DNA of 64,000 bases from Phoronis australis (GCA_002633005.1 NMRA01000068.1:346453-410452), one strand, 5' to 3'; numbered from the stretch's first letter, positions 38,400 through 51,832 are shown. Translations and numbers: made by a program. The notes: generated by a model from the sequence alone, not told the origin.

Positions 38400-41300
38400 A
38401 ACATAGACCCGCTACTTTGATAACAAAGTGCTGTCCATGGATAACCTCATCAGTCCTTAGGATGCTTCAGGCTGATACAGTGCACTAGCTCCACACAACC
38501 TGTTGATGATGGTGGTTGTCAACCTTCATGGCTGTTTGTGAAAAAGGAATGGTGTTCATAACAAAAGTAATGTCACTTGTGAGTTCAAAGGGAAAGGTTT
38601 GGTCAAGAAATATGTGTTTTGTGAGAAGAAAACGCATCAGCTCGTGAAAGGAGAATTTGAAGGATGTTGTTGTAAATCACTCCTGAGGATTGAAGAGTGG
38701 TAGCCTGGAAAGCACTTCAGGATTGTAATATGCTATCTTGTCAGTGTTAGGTCTAGACTGTTTTCTATTCTCTTGTTAGTGGAAATTACAGAAGCCTACT
38801 AAGAAATGAGTTGCGAGTGTCACCAGGAACATGGTCTTGTTAAAGTCACACCTAACAACTAATCTATTGAGTTAGTGTTCTTTAACCTTCTGATCACAGC
38901 TTTGAAACTGATTTACATAAGCAATAATGGTGACATTGATTTTTTTCCTGTCGTAATGTGTTCAACATGTCATTTGCTCTTGTAGATTTCCTCAAATAAA
39001 ACAGTGAAAAATATAATTTGTTGATTCATAAGAAATGTTTTAAGTTGTTCATGTAGCTGTGTATGCGGCAGAGATGGATTGTCTGTACCGTAGTTTAAAT
39101 GTTATTGCTGGAGGGATTGTTCATTCTTAGTCATTTGGTTTCTTTCAAAGAATCAAAATAGTGATGCTGCAGCTGTGACAAATTTGGTTCGTCTCACAAC
39201 ACAGTGTATTTGGTGCTAAAGTCTGCTATTTTTGGTACTTGCTTTTTGTCTCTGAATTTGTTTTTGTGATGATTGTAGTGTACAAAGTTAAAACTTTTTT
39301 ATTTTCATCTTTCTGTTTCAGTTTGTCTCTAAATTTATTTCTGTAATGGGTTTTTGCTTTCTGTAGTCTCTTACGTTGATTTGCATCAGACGGAAGAAGC
39401 CCTCTGTAGACTAGATCAAATTGTGGAAATAACCCAGTCTCTTTCATTGGCTCAGCTTGTGTGTCATAGGTGGGTAAAGTTCAGTCCAGTGAGATTGGGT
39501 CATCCTGTTTTCATCTGGTATTGAAGATTTCATGGTGAATAGATTGAAAAGTTTCTTTTCAAGTGCTTGCATGAATTCTGAAAGGTTTAAGTAGGCCTGT
39601 GTCTTTCATAACCATTTGTTTGTCTTGGTCTTGGGTGTAGTGGTGCCAAGTGAAACTGCTTAACTGCATGTCAGCCATTCTTGCTTAGCGAGAGAGGTAG
39701 ATCTGGTTACTTGATAGACTGTGTGCTCAGTTGTTGTGCATTAAACCAAAGCTCTGGTTGTCAATGCGATGATAAGACCAGCTGTACAGTGGAAACACTG
39801 TGTGCTTACTGCTGTGTGCCAGACTGGGTAATGATTGACCTCCAGATATAATGTGGAGCAGGATGCATGAAAGGAATGAGTCATTATTGGCTGTGTGCTA
39901 ATATTGGGACTAGAAGGTTGAACTGCTGGTGTTGCTCAGACAGACAGAAGACTGGTGATGTGGCATGCTGAAGCAAGTAGCTTGGTCAGGGAGTGGCTAT
40001 TGAAAGTGCTGTTTGTATGGTGTTGCTGAAAATGGCCTTGTTGACTCAGAATCTCTTTGTTGGTGTTCATGAGCTGAGCTTTTCTGTAGATTGTTAGTGT
40101 GACTAGGTAGTCATTGGCTGATGAATTCAGTGTTTTATGATGGTTCTTATTCTGGAGATTCATAACCACAGAATAGTAAGACATGGTCATGGTGGTTTCA
40201 TGGAAGAGCTGATTCCTGTTGTAAATTTCAAGATAGAGAGTGCTATTCATGAATCTTTGATAGGTTTCCAGTGATGCCAATAAGTTGTGATTAAGAAAAG
40301 AAAAAAATACCCATTCACGATAAAAAATAGTAGTGATTTTTGAATTTCTAAAAAAGAGTGTTTTTAAAAGTATCTGGTCAATTGGATGAAGTTCATAGTT
40401 TTAAATGCTCATTGGTAATTCAGTAATTCAATATATATACAATATATCTCATGCCATAAAAATCTTTGCTTGTTCAGTTAATTCATCTTACACTGATTTT
40501 CTTGTCTGAAACTCTTTAAAATCAATATGTCCATGCAGTTGGATTTGTAAAAAAGCTGTTCGCGTTGTCACCCTTGCATATCAAATGTTCTCTTGACTTG
40601 GGCTTTTTATAGTTCGTAGAGTAAATGCTTGCTTTTGGTATTGGATAAGGTATATGGCAGTTTTCTATTACGTACTTGGATAAAATCAATATATGTGCTG
40701 CTTACAGATGGTGTACACCCTGATATTTAGTCAATGGCTTAGATACCTAGTAATAATGACACCGTACGTTTGCAAGCTACAGTGTTTTGCCTAATTTGTT
40801 TTTGTGATATTTTTGCCTAATTTGTTTTTGTGATGTTTTTGCCTGAATGTCATACTATGCTTGCATTTATTTATAATTTTAAGTACCCCAGCATTATTGA
40901 AAAGAATATAAAAGGTGTCCTACTTAAGTCTTCAGCTTGAACATTAACGGATGTCCTTGGTAGAAATCAAGTTTGTGCGCTTGCTATCATGGAGAGAGCT
41001 TCTAATGGAGTTAAAAAAATTGTATGCCTGCCTGAGAATTTTACTCATGGAAACCAATTTCATCTTCTAAATTGAACATTTGTTGACTTTCTAAATTTCG
41101 AAATGTTACTAAAAATGTGATACTTCAGTCTACTTCCAGCTTGAGCATTGAAGGTTGTCCTTTGTAGAAATCCAAGTTAGTGCCCTTGCAGTGGAGTTAA
41201 ATTTCGAAATTTTACTAAATATTATTAACCTTTAATTATAAATTTACTTCTATTGATGCTCAAAAATATTTATAGAACAAATTCTGATAGTGTACAGCAC

Positions 41301-42200
41301 AGCTAGGTGTTTAATTGCAGGCAGGAATATGATGTGGGTGACCTATTCCAGTGTCAGGTGCCCTTGATCACACAGCATTCAGCACTTTCCCAAGAGCTGT
41401 TAGACTTGCAGTCTGGCTTGACCCTGTGTTAGCTGATAGTGAGAGTGAGTGCTATATTCACTGAACAATACTGTGGCCATATCTCCATTCCTTAAGTTCA
41501 ATGATCTATTTATAGCAACCACACTGCACTGTATGAGCTGCTGATTGGCTAAGGGCTGTTGTGAATAGAAGAGGCAAGATGCTATGGACATCAGGCAGCC
41601 AACTCTTTGTCTGACTAAGCTGATGAAACCAGTTCTTAGTATAAGGGTTGTCAGAAGGAAAAATCAATATCTAGCCATAGAGCTGAATCTGCCTCTAGTT
41701 TGAAGGTTCTCCTCATCAGCAAGTGTGCATGTTAACATACTAGAGTTGAGTGTTTCCAGTATTTTCAGTCGATAGAGTTTACTTAAGATCATGCGGAAGC
41801 CATTTACTTCTGTGTCTTCTAGTCTGCTTTGTTACTGTATTGATATTGTAGTTTCTCTTCTTGAACAAAGTACTGTGGCACATCAGTCATGTCCTGTGTA
41901 AGATATTGGTCATTGATTATTTCTAGACTTGTTTGTATCTTGACATTGTTGCTTAGTGACTGCTATCACCAACTGCTAAACTGAATGCTGATAGCAGCTT
42001 TTTGAACACTTGGTTATTATGCCACATTGAAGTGATACTCAGCAGGTGGCTGGCTTCTCTCTGTTTTCTTACTCTCACCAGAGTTATGCAAGTGTAGCTG
42101 AACTGTGACTGTGTATGCTGAATGTGGGTCAAGGACTCTAAGTTATAACTCATCAATAGTTGTGATCCAATTTCACCTTGCTTTGACCTTTGGACACTTT
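38400..42200 (-). mobile_element. Heavily decayed non-LTR retrotransposon (CRE/NeSL-like RT), interrupted at ~40290-41280
   Basis: Minus-strand motif traces in the expected RT order: VLNAV*SRAPDTG..PHH (~41330-41390), NSTFNS (~40000), IITQSGTQQ (~39810-39840), QAEPMKETGL (~39430-39460). Confidence 0.35.
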
Positions 42201-42390
42201 TTGTCACTGACCTTGGTTATTTTTTGAATTTTGCATTGGTGTGAAGGTGTTGTCTGAAATTGATGCATGGTGTGAGTGGGATAAATGGAGACATTGATTT
42301 TGCTTGCCATTTCAATGTGGTTTGTATTTCAGTAGTTTCTGTTCAAAGACTTCCATGTCAATGTTTTATAATGCATGCTTCTCATTCCAG

Positions 42391-43953
42391 ATGTGATGTC
42401 AACTTCTCATGCTGATGCTGCTGACGACGACAATCTTCTTAATCATATGCTGGAGTGGCGAATCGAAAAAAATCAGGACTCTAATAGGAACGGCGTTACA
42501 AGTTCTACATCAGATTCATCCAACTGTAGTGGAACTCTTGGCTTAGTTGCAAAGTGTGATGTCCCTTTTCATGATGCACCTCTCCCCACTGAAATAGCTG
42601 CAAGACAGCCTTCTTACATGGAAGTGTCTTCTAAAAGTCCTCAAAAGATAACCTTAAAAATGTCTGATAGTGAAAATCAGAAAAACCTTGATTCCACCAG
42701 TCCTACATCATCAGTTGTGCCAAAACATGACTTAGACTATTCTCCTGCTGTAGAAAGAAGTGTCGCACTCGAAGAGAAAAATTGTCCGGTACAGGCCTAT
42801 CAAGATGAGACTGTAAAAACTGTTTCATCCGTTTGCAAAGGTGCAGTACAAGGTCAAACCAATGCAGATTCTACAGGAAGCAAAATTCAAGTTGTTCATG
42901 GTTTTTCTGTTGGTGAAGAACCTAGTGACATTTCATATGAAGGAAGTACTAGGTCCAAAATAGCTGATGTAGCTGATGGTCCTCAAGTTGCTAAACAAAG
43001 TCAGCTCCATACTGTCCATGTGCAGAAATTAGACACTTCCAAAATAAACACAAACTTACAAAAGATCAGGGAAAAAATAAAGAAAATGAAATACCAGAAT
43101 TCTGCAGTCAACACATTGCCTTCGAATACATCTTCATCTGAGTTCGGAAGAAAAGGTGAATGCAGCTCTTCATTGGATGGTTCAAGTGAAGACATCTCAT
43201 GCCCTGTTGAATCAGCTATTCAAAAGCAAAATAGCCTTGTTTCATTTGTTCTGAGTAGTCCGATGTCAGAACAACAATTGACATGTGACGGCAATGATTC
43301 CCTGAAAGAAACTCAGAAAAACTTGAATGAAGATTTAGGGTGTATTCCTTGTAAGGATATAGATGTTACTGGCAAGAATCAAGATTGTCACATATCCATG
43401 GCTATTGACTCTTCAGGAGTCGCTTGTTCTAAGGAACAATTTTCTGAAGCAGTAGGGAAAGTTGGTCACACCTCTAATGTAGTTTCTGAACTCAGAAAAA
43501 GTATTGCCACGACTGAGAAGAATTTTGGATCAGATATGCTTGAAGGTAGTGTAGGATTTGTTAACCATTCACCAGAAAGTGAAGTCAAACAAGTTGTTGA
43601 AACAATAGGTGCAGTGAGTGGCTTCGCTTCTGACCTGAGTATTAAAGATGGTGCTGATGAAAATGTTAGCTCAGACAAGGAGTACGGTGGCACACCTTTG
43701 GTAATTGATACGTCACCGTGTGTGTCTGCTCAGAATGTCGACAAGCAAGCAGTTGAAACGGAAGATGAATGTGATCGTGCCTGCTCTTCTGACAGAATAG
43801 AAGAGGACAAGAATCCTGACGTGGATGCCGAAGCTGAAGAAAGTGTTTCAACTGAACAGAAACAGACAAAGGGTGAACATTCTGATGTCTCAGCTAGTGG
43901 TGATGATGATTGTGTTGTTGTGGAAGGATGTACTGCCAACTCTTCTGATAAAG
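42391..43953 (+). CDS. C2H2 zinc-finger protein, large Ser/acidic low-complexity exon
   Basis: Lies within the 562-aa ORF 42375-44063. Acceptor cattccag| at 42390; first in-frame ATG at 42396; donor AAA G|gtgaga (phase 1) joins in frame to 44655. Confidence 0.88.
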
Positions 43954-44654
43954 GTGAGATTCATTTTCTCATATTCAGCCCAGTGCATTGTCAATGTTAC
44001 TTTTTGTCAGTCACTCCATTCGTGAAAGCTGTGTTGTGTGTAAGTGTACTAGTGAACATGTAATGCTCAATGCATGTTTTATGTGCATGAATTTGAAGAA
44101 GCTGTGCAAGGATAGACAGAATGCTTGTTGTATCTCTTATGTTTACAGCCATGCTCATAGGTGTGCCAGTGCATGGTCTTCTATCAAAATTGTTCTTGCT
44201 GTTATTTAATAAGGACCTCTTTTGTACAATTATGACCATAGTTAGAAAACCTGTGGTGTTGAAATATTATTTGTTTATTTGTTATTATCTGAAGATAGGA
44301 ATGACTTATTGATTTTTGAACATTGGCACTTTACATAGTATGGTATTGAATGTGACGGAAGTCAACCTTTAGTCAGGTCTGCAGTGAGTTTGGTCTCTGC
44401 AAATTTATTTCATTTTTATGTAACTTAGGAACAAGGATGAACTACCCAAGCCTCTCTTATTGATGCTCAGGCATAGTACGAACTTGATTGTTAACAATGC
44501 AAATAATGCTTTTTGACATTATCAACCTTGACATCCATGTCAATAGACATTCTTATTGCTTAAAGATAATGGGAATGCTTGCTGTACAGATTTGTTGTGT
44601 CGTATTGTGTGGTGTGGTGTGCTGTAGCGTGATGACATCAGCAACTATTTTCAG

Positions 44655-45290
44655 AGTTATCTGCTAGTGATCTGGCTATAAAGCAGTTCCAAAAGTCAGA
44701 CTATGCTTGGAACTTCGACGACTATCTGCCTCCTGTGGGGAATTTGTCGGAATTGGAGTTGGTTGACATCAAGCAGCAGTTGGTTCGAGCATGCATTTGT
44801 TGCATTCCTAGTAATGAAAGGAAGAGACGCCGCTTGTATGAAGGTACCTACATCACCTTACTTTGCTACACCATGGCTACAGGCTCCTTCTCCTCACGAT
44901 CGGTAGCCACCTTCAGCTTCCACAATGCCTCTTATGTCTGCTTTACGTGTTCTGTAAAGATAGAGGACAAGCAAGAGATGAAGACTCACATCCAGTGGCA
45001 CCTTCATCGTTTACCGCCTTACGTGTGTAGCCATTGCGTGAACAAAAAGCGCCCGCTCAAGTGCATCTTGACACTGAGGATACTCAACAACCTTGAGAAG
45101 ATGCGGGTAACGTCACACGTGGACCATCAGTCACGGCAGACAGATCAGATGTCAGACCTAGACAACCAGTCATGGCAGACGGAAGAGATTAGTTCTGACT
45201 TGGACCATCAGTCAAGGCAGGCAGAAGAGATGACGTCAGACCTGGACCAACAATCACTGAAGATAGGAGAGGCAGAGCCAAAGAAGAAAG
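44655..45290 (+). CDS. C2H2 zinc-finger protein exon (finger YVCFTC-x12-HIQWH; 13-14 aa repeats)
   Basis: ttttcag|AG acceptor (phase 1), open frame throughout, C-x2-C-x12-H-x3-H motif, donor AAA G|gtacag. Confidence 0.88.
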
Positions 45291-45549
45291 GTACAGTTTA
45301 TGCCTGCACGCCTGAGACTGCTACTCGTGGTTATGGCTGACTAACAATGCTATGGTATCTGATTATATCTGCAAAGACCTCACCTTCTTTTCTGTATTCT
45401 TATTGCCAGTTGAAGCGGCTTTATTTCTTTCCTCATTTCTGGATGTTTTATGCACTTTCAATAGTTGTTGTCACGACATAGTGCTTCAGAACTCAAAGCT
45501 GTTGACAAAATTATTGTATGGTATGGAGATGAAGTAAGATTTATATTTG

Positions 45550-46900
45550 GTAGTGCCATCTTGTAGTCCATGTTAATGTGTATGTCTGCTTGGTAAGAAG
45601 AGCCGAGCTTCTTAAAAGTGGGTTATTGGGTCAAAGCTTCTGTTCTTTCCATTGTGAAGTGTTTGAGATTGATTGTTGTTCAATTGTGGTGATTGGGATG
45701 TAATGACTTACTTAGTTGACCTGTGAGTTGATCCAGATGAGTAGCATTACTAATAGCCTTCTTCCAGCATCTGGTGCCTAGTCAGCTTCCTGTAAGGCAA
45801 AAATACATTCAAGTTCCTGACTGTATTTATTTAATTATAAGGAAAGTCATGTGACCTGACTAGCCTCATAGGCTTTGTTACTTTTGAATTTATAAAAGGC
45901 TGTAAAGAATAATATATAAAACATCGTTTGTTATTCTATGATTATTCTAAATGAATTAGTGTAACTGTAGTATAATAGGAAGACAAGTGTACAGTCTTGA
46001 GGATAAGGTTTGTATCAATGCTGCACACTTACTGCGAACTGACACTCGTGCAGTATTCTCAGAGAGTGAGCTTATAAAGATGTTGCCCTTACTGAGGCTG
46101 AAGACTGTCATGAGGGACCTAATCATTGTCATTGTTGAGGAGAGCCTCAGCTTTCATTGCTGAGTTGGTTACTCAACCTCATTTTTATGACCAGTCATGA
46201 GCCATAACAGATGTGAGCTGCCATGTTTCTAGGTATTAGTCTGGAGCAGCTTTTGTCTCTAGTTTGTGTAACCAGCAGGGTGAGGTGTAGATTGCAGTTA
46301 TGGTTGTAGTTTGTAATTGTGCTGTATAAATCAGCAGATTGACATGGGGCTTAAGAAGACTAATAATGAATTCTTCCTTGTACTGTAGGTTGTTGTGTTT
46401 CTTTTTTTTGGAGTTATTTGATGATTTGATTTGGAGCTAGAAGTTTGTTAGATACTATGTTTGCTCTTGCTCTGTTTTAGTTCTATCATTTTGAATGTCC
46501 TCAATGGCAAAATTTGTTCAGGTACAATGATTTCTAAATTAGTTTGCGGCATCTTGAGCAGAAAGGTTGTTAGTGAGTATTGTTGTTGTTTGTTGATATA
46601 ACCTAGAATTTATAGTGATGTAGGCTCCATTCTACTAGTTAGTTAGTTCCAAGCAAAGTTTGTACTGTATTACATTTTCACAACCATTTTAGGTGGATCA
46701 ATAAATATCAGTCCGGTGTTTTACTAAAATTTTGTGTCTTGAATAATTGATCCCAGGTTTGCTCTTGATAAAAACCGTTGGAGAAATTGGAAATTTAGGG
46801 GGAAATACTGTAGCCTTGGGAGTTAGCTAGGTGGATGTTGAATTTTACAATGGGTGTCATACAGATTTAGTTAGACTTAATGAAAAGATTTTGTGCCTAA
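45550..46900 (-). mobile_element. Possible decayed LINE ORF2 remnant
   Basis: A/C-rich minus strand typical of LINE coding strands; only faint motif traces. Confidence 0.2.
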
Positions 46901-46963
46901 TATGGCCATAAGGCACATAGAATAAAGGTTGGTTCTATTATCAAGCCCCTAAGGAAGTAATTA

Positions 46964-48043
46964 CCGTAAACGTTCAGGTTAATGCCCATTCTCAGTTAAC
47001 CGCCCACCCCCAACTTTAGGTGGATTTTCGATTTAACCGCTCACTGCTCGGTTAACCGCCCATCTGCGATTTTTGAAGATTTCCAGTTAAGCACCCACCT
47101 CTCAGTTAAGCGCCCATCCCCGACTTTTAAAGATTGAAGATTTAGCGCCCAGTGCTACCCAAATGCGCGATTCCCCGACTTTTAGATCGATGATCACTAC
47201 TAGAGTGCAACAATGGCTTCCGAGTCGGCGGTTTGGCAATGTGAATTATAATACAAGTAACGAATTCTTGTCTCGGGTCATGTATTTACTTCAAAATATA
47301 ATACTTGAAGGTTTTGTCACTTTATTTTCTTCCCATGTTCGCAAAGTTTAAGAACCCCACCAGCTTCAGTGCCTCCGCTTTTAGCGACGCAGTCTGCCGC
47401 GTTGAGTTTCTGTCTGCAGCGAAGAATTGGGGCTACATCTACGAATTGTTTTTTACCGACACAGATATGTGTACGATCTGGTAATTTTATCCCTCGTGCT
47501 CTAGTGTACGTGCTCACTAGACTCATACCCAGTCATAAATTTGATTTCTGCTGTGACCTCTGTAACATGTGAAGCTCGCACGCGCGCACTTCTTAAGTGT
47601 CATCGCGTGAGAATAGTTGCAATCCTAGTTATTGTTACTGGTCGTCTGCGCAGTACAGCTCTAATAAGATCGCAGGATGGCACAGGGCTGTTACTCACCA
47701 ATTTTGTAAATTTAATTATGATTGGTTAATCTGGGCAACAGAACATTTCTTGGGATCGTCCGCTGTTATGACACTATTAGCGACATTTGGTGACTTGACG
47801 ATAAAGCTCTTTGAAAAGCTCTACGCGTTCCGAGTATGACTGTCGCGTGATACTCTGATCAGGAGGTAAGATAAACTGCCCAGGGCAGTTGTGTGTCGTA
47901 ACAAGTGCCCATGTTCAGTTAACCGCCCACCCTGGATTTCTTGAAATTTCACGTTTAAGCGCCCATGTCTGGTTAACCGCCCTCCCCTGATTTTTTGGGT
48001 TTGCCAATTTAACCGCCCAGGGCGTTAACCCGAACGTTTACGG
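46964..48043. mobile_element. 1.08-kb non-autonomous TIR element with CCGTA termini, TA-flanked (Tc2/pogo-like ends)
   Basis: TA-CCGTAAACGTTCAGGTTAATGCCC ... GGGCGTTAACCCGAACGTTTACGG-TA; about 10 TTAA(C/G)CGCCC subterminal motifs. Confidence 0.88.
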
Positions 48044-48255
48044 TAATGGGTTCCAGAAAGGTATTCAGTTTTATCAAGTGAATCCCCTCCCTGTTTTAGT
48101 AGTATCCAGTATTACCACACTGCTTGGTCATGAACTAAGAGAGTAGAAAGGTGGCGTTAAGGTTATGTTAGGCCCTACGAAAGTGTCCAAAGCATCTGCA
48201 CACAAGCATCACCTAATTTTTGTTGCAAGTATCCATTTCCAATTTCAGTGGAGTA

Positions 48256-49764
48256 CCGTATTCGCCGTAATAACCGCCCATGCCCCTATAAGCACCCCCC
48301 ACGCGTTTTCAGACTTTGCTAAAATAAGCACCCAGTCCATGAACGTGTACGTGCGAAAAATGCCTTACCTACAGTCCTAAAATTCTACAGTAACGTCTTC
48401 AATTTATCAATAATATCCGACAGTCCTGAAAAAAATCATTGTGCGCAGAATTTTTAGACCACAAGCCTCACCGCTATGTCGGTATTTAGCCGTGACTATA
48501 CACTGCAAACTTTGGCCATGCCTCAAAACGAACACAAAAGTTCTGCTGATCTTGCATGGACCAATGGTCTGGCCTTTCAGAACAGAAGTAGTGTACTTGT
48601 CTACAGGATTGCTTTGTAGATATTTCCTGCTTTCAACAGGAATCCAAATTTCTTTGTACACTTGAAAACTGCGAATCAAAGACTACTAAAAACCTTGGCC
48701 AGTGTTAAAAGCACGTGGCCAGGAAGCGCGTGCTACGTGCATGAACCTGTCATCAAAGACATTAGTCGGGAACTATCCATTCATGAAACGGGTAGCATAG
48801 CATCGACAAGAAATGAATATTGGCACTAATTTCCGACAGTTTCTAATAGTATAAAAAATGTTTGCGTTATTTTTAAGATGAATTGTTTGATTAACCGTAA
48901 TTGGTGTTTTTAAGCCAAATATCCGATAAAATGACCACTGACAGTGAATGCTTACACACTCTTACACCGAAAAATAACTTTCAGATAGTCACGTATGCAT
49001 CTAGCCACACGGTGACTAATATGGCCTTACCGAGACAAATGTCTAACGTTTTTAGCACATGAGACCGGCAAGTGCTGAATGAAACACGCTCTGGTTTAGG
49101 CCTACTGCTTGTGCAAATTTCTTTAGATACAATGCACATCTAGCTCATTAGATTGCTTGGCTCTGTCCAAAAGACGGTATCTGCTCTGGCAAATGAACTC
49201 TGGTGATACGCACGCGCTTGCTTACTCACAAATGCAGACGAACTTCAAAACAAACGTCACTCCTTGACAAAAACATGTGTGTTCCGTCCAAACATTTTTC
49301 TCATGTTGCCGATCATACATGTAGTTAGCACGATGTAGTACTTAAACCTGCCGTGATCCCGACTCCACGGGAACTTAAAAATGTTAGAGACGCTACTTGG
49401 AAAACTTGAGGATTTCAGGTAATTTGCTTGAGTCGAAACTATTTTTATTCAAGCATTCAAGTCGCCATATCGACGATTGCGAGACAGGGAGTCGGCGAGT
49501 GTTCACCCTGGGATTTCAGCACAATTTTGTGTAAAATGATCGTAATTTAGCAGCAAAGTTTGATAACAATGCATCACGGTTTTGTAGAAAGTCTTTCATA
49601 GATTACAGATACCTCACAGAGCGTAAATTTGATGAATCGTAGTTCAGTTCCGATTTCACCCGTTTTAGGGACCGGGTTTCAACAGCCTTGGGTTATAATA
49701 AGTGCCCCCCCCCCCTTAAACGAACTTTTCTAATCGCCCTGGGCGGTTATTACGACGAATACGA
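48256..49764. mobile_element. 1.5-kb TIR element, copy A (CCGTA termini, TA-flanked) with HIRAN-like ORF remnant
   Basis: TA-CCGTATTCGCCGTAATAACCGCCC ... GGGCGGTTATTACGACGAATACGA-TA (2 mismatches); collinear with 57192-58707. Confidence 0.88.
48385..48690 (-). pseudogene. Decayed HIRAN-like domain ORF inside the TIR element
   Basis: IRSFQVYKEIWIP...NPVDKY...GQTIGP..ISR...LRHG..LQCIVTAKYRHS...GLKI resembles the pattern RGFHVYK..W.P...N..D..A...VGH.P..IS...F...GG.I.C.VTG....GLE.P of invertebrate stand-alone HIRAN proteins (recalled, not searched). Confidence 0.65.
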
Positions 49765-50219
49765 TAATAGTGATACAGGCCCTTTGAGACTGTTCTATAT
49801 TTTAATACAAGAATAGTGATGATGTAAACTGCTAAAGTTAGGGTCAAAATTGGACAGTCGAACTGTATTATGTGCACCTTGTGTGGAAATATTCCAGGAA
49901 CTGAGACTATTCATGTTGGATTGTTCTGTTGTATGGTAGTACCTCTATAGAGTAGAGTGTCTGGCTGAAGCATGTGTTTGATGATGAAATATTCATTTCT
50001 GCCAGGGAAGCATTGTTTGATTTTCCAGATCTTGGACAGAAAATGCTTGTATAGGATATTTTTTTTGTCTGGTTAGGATGTATTTATATAGCAAACAGAA
50101 ACTACAGATGTTTCTGATTTTGAACAGTCGCAAATATTTTTATGATTATTATACATTGAATGATTAATGTATATAACAAGACTTCAAAAAAAACATGTCA
50201 AGATATGGAGAGAATTTCA

Positions 50220-51832
50220 TTTTTATGCACCGATGTATTTATGTGTGGGTGCATATTACCGTCATCTCTGTCGTGGAATCGGGCATCTGCGGCTGTCTCT
50301 CTAAACTGCTTGCAGGATCTTCTTATTAAAATTTGACAGTTGTGTTCTCTGAAGCTGACGACGGATTTCAGATCTATCTGACTAAAGGTGTGCCTCCTAG
50401 TGGCAATTTTATTATTTACGTTCTGTTTCTTCGGACGTTCTCAACAGATTTTCATAAAATTTTGTAGATAGGCATCTATTAATGAGGTGACAGTATTCTC
50501 TTGTTTTCGGATGGATTCGAGGTACTTTGCGCCACCTAGTGGCCATTTTTACTGTTTTCGTGTCTGTTTGCTGGCTTCTGCCCCTTTATCAACCTGACCG
50601 CTCCAAAGATGATTGTTAAACTTGGCTTACATGTTCTTAATGTCAAGAGGGTGGCTGACGATGATTTTCCGATGACTTCGGCTACTTTGGCACCTAGTAG
50701 CAGTTTTTTACCCCCATGGCTGTATCTCTCAAACCTTCTGCGGGATCTTTGTAAAATTTCTCAGTTGTATTTTTATGAAGTTGACAACGGTTGGCGACGA
50801 CTTCCAGATGGTTCCAACAAACGCTGTGTCTGTGCCCTAGTGGCAATTTCATTTTTTTCCATTTTCCCTTTTCTCTGAAGTCCTTGATGGATTTTTATGA
50901 AATTTGGTGAGTAGCTCTCTATTAAACAAATGATGTCATTTTCCTTTTTTGGGATTGATTTGACATATTTTCTGCCAGCTGTTGGCCATTTTTACTGTTT
51001 TCGGGGCTGTTTTTGGCATCTGCCTCTCTATCAACCAAATATTCTCAGGATGATTTTGAAAATAGGGGTTCATGTTTTTACTGTGAAGAGGGTGGCTGAT
51101 GATGATTTTCGGACAACTCGGTCTACTGTGGTGCCTCATAATGGAAGTTTTTTGCGTCAATGGCTGTATTTCCCAAACCTTTGCAGCATATTTATAAAAT
51201 TGGGCAAGTGTATTTATATGAAGTTAACAGTGGGCAAGGACGACACTTGGACGAATCTGACTATCGCTGTGACACCCTAGTGGCATTTTTTTCATTGTCC
51301 TCTGTATGTTTGAAACTCCTTGGCAGATTTAATGAAATTTAATTGATAGGTTTCTATTAAAGAGTCTATATATTCGCATTTTCAGACAGATTTGATGTAT
51401 AGTGACTGTTTTTATTTTCATGGCATTTTGCAAATTGGTTTCTGTTTATGAGCCAGCGCTAATCCATCTACAGCTGTGCTCCATAGTGGCAATTTTACTT
51501 TTACGTTTGCTTCCTTAGTGACATTTTTTCACATCTGTGCCTTTATCTCATATACCCCTTGCAAGATGTTCTCGTAATTTTGCAATTGTATTCCTATTAA
51601 TTTCACTAGCAGATAGATGGATTTCACTTGTGCTGTTGCAGTTCTTTTTTGTTCTTTGACGGATTTGCATGAAATTTGGCATTGGCAAAAAGTTTTGAAA
51701 GGCCACGACACCTTCCCATTTTTGGATGTGTTTAATGTATTCTGGCCATTTTTTAATGCTAGAAATAAACACCTGGAGATGCACACAATTTTCTTTGCAG
51801 TCATGGGCACATTTCAAAGATCTGCATTGCTC
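50220..51832 (+). mobile_element. Diverged full-length HINE copy
   Basis: Degenerate 5' palindrome (ttttatgcaccgatgtatttatgtgtgggtgcat), subunits (50390, 50529, 51275), degenerate 3' end catgggcacatttcaaagatctgcattgctc. Confidence 0.75.

Noticed and set aside
40785-41220. Short local duplications (~25-bp tandem; ~65-bp block repeated 200 bp apart)
   Set aside because: Ordinary slippage or duplication in AT-rich intron sequence; no further structure seen.
41695-41725. Possible hammerhead ribozyme core (minus-strand CTGATGA...AAAC)
   Set aside because: The required GAAA after stem II is absent and stems I/III could not be formed.
43954-44063. Cys/hydrophobic C-terminal tail of the 562-aa ORF as a membrane anchor
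   Set aside because: Intron read-through past the gtgaga donor; the spliced frame continues at 44655.
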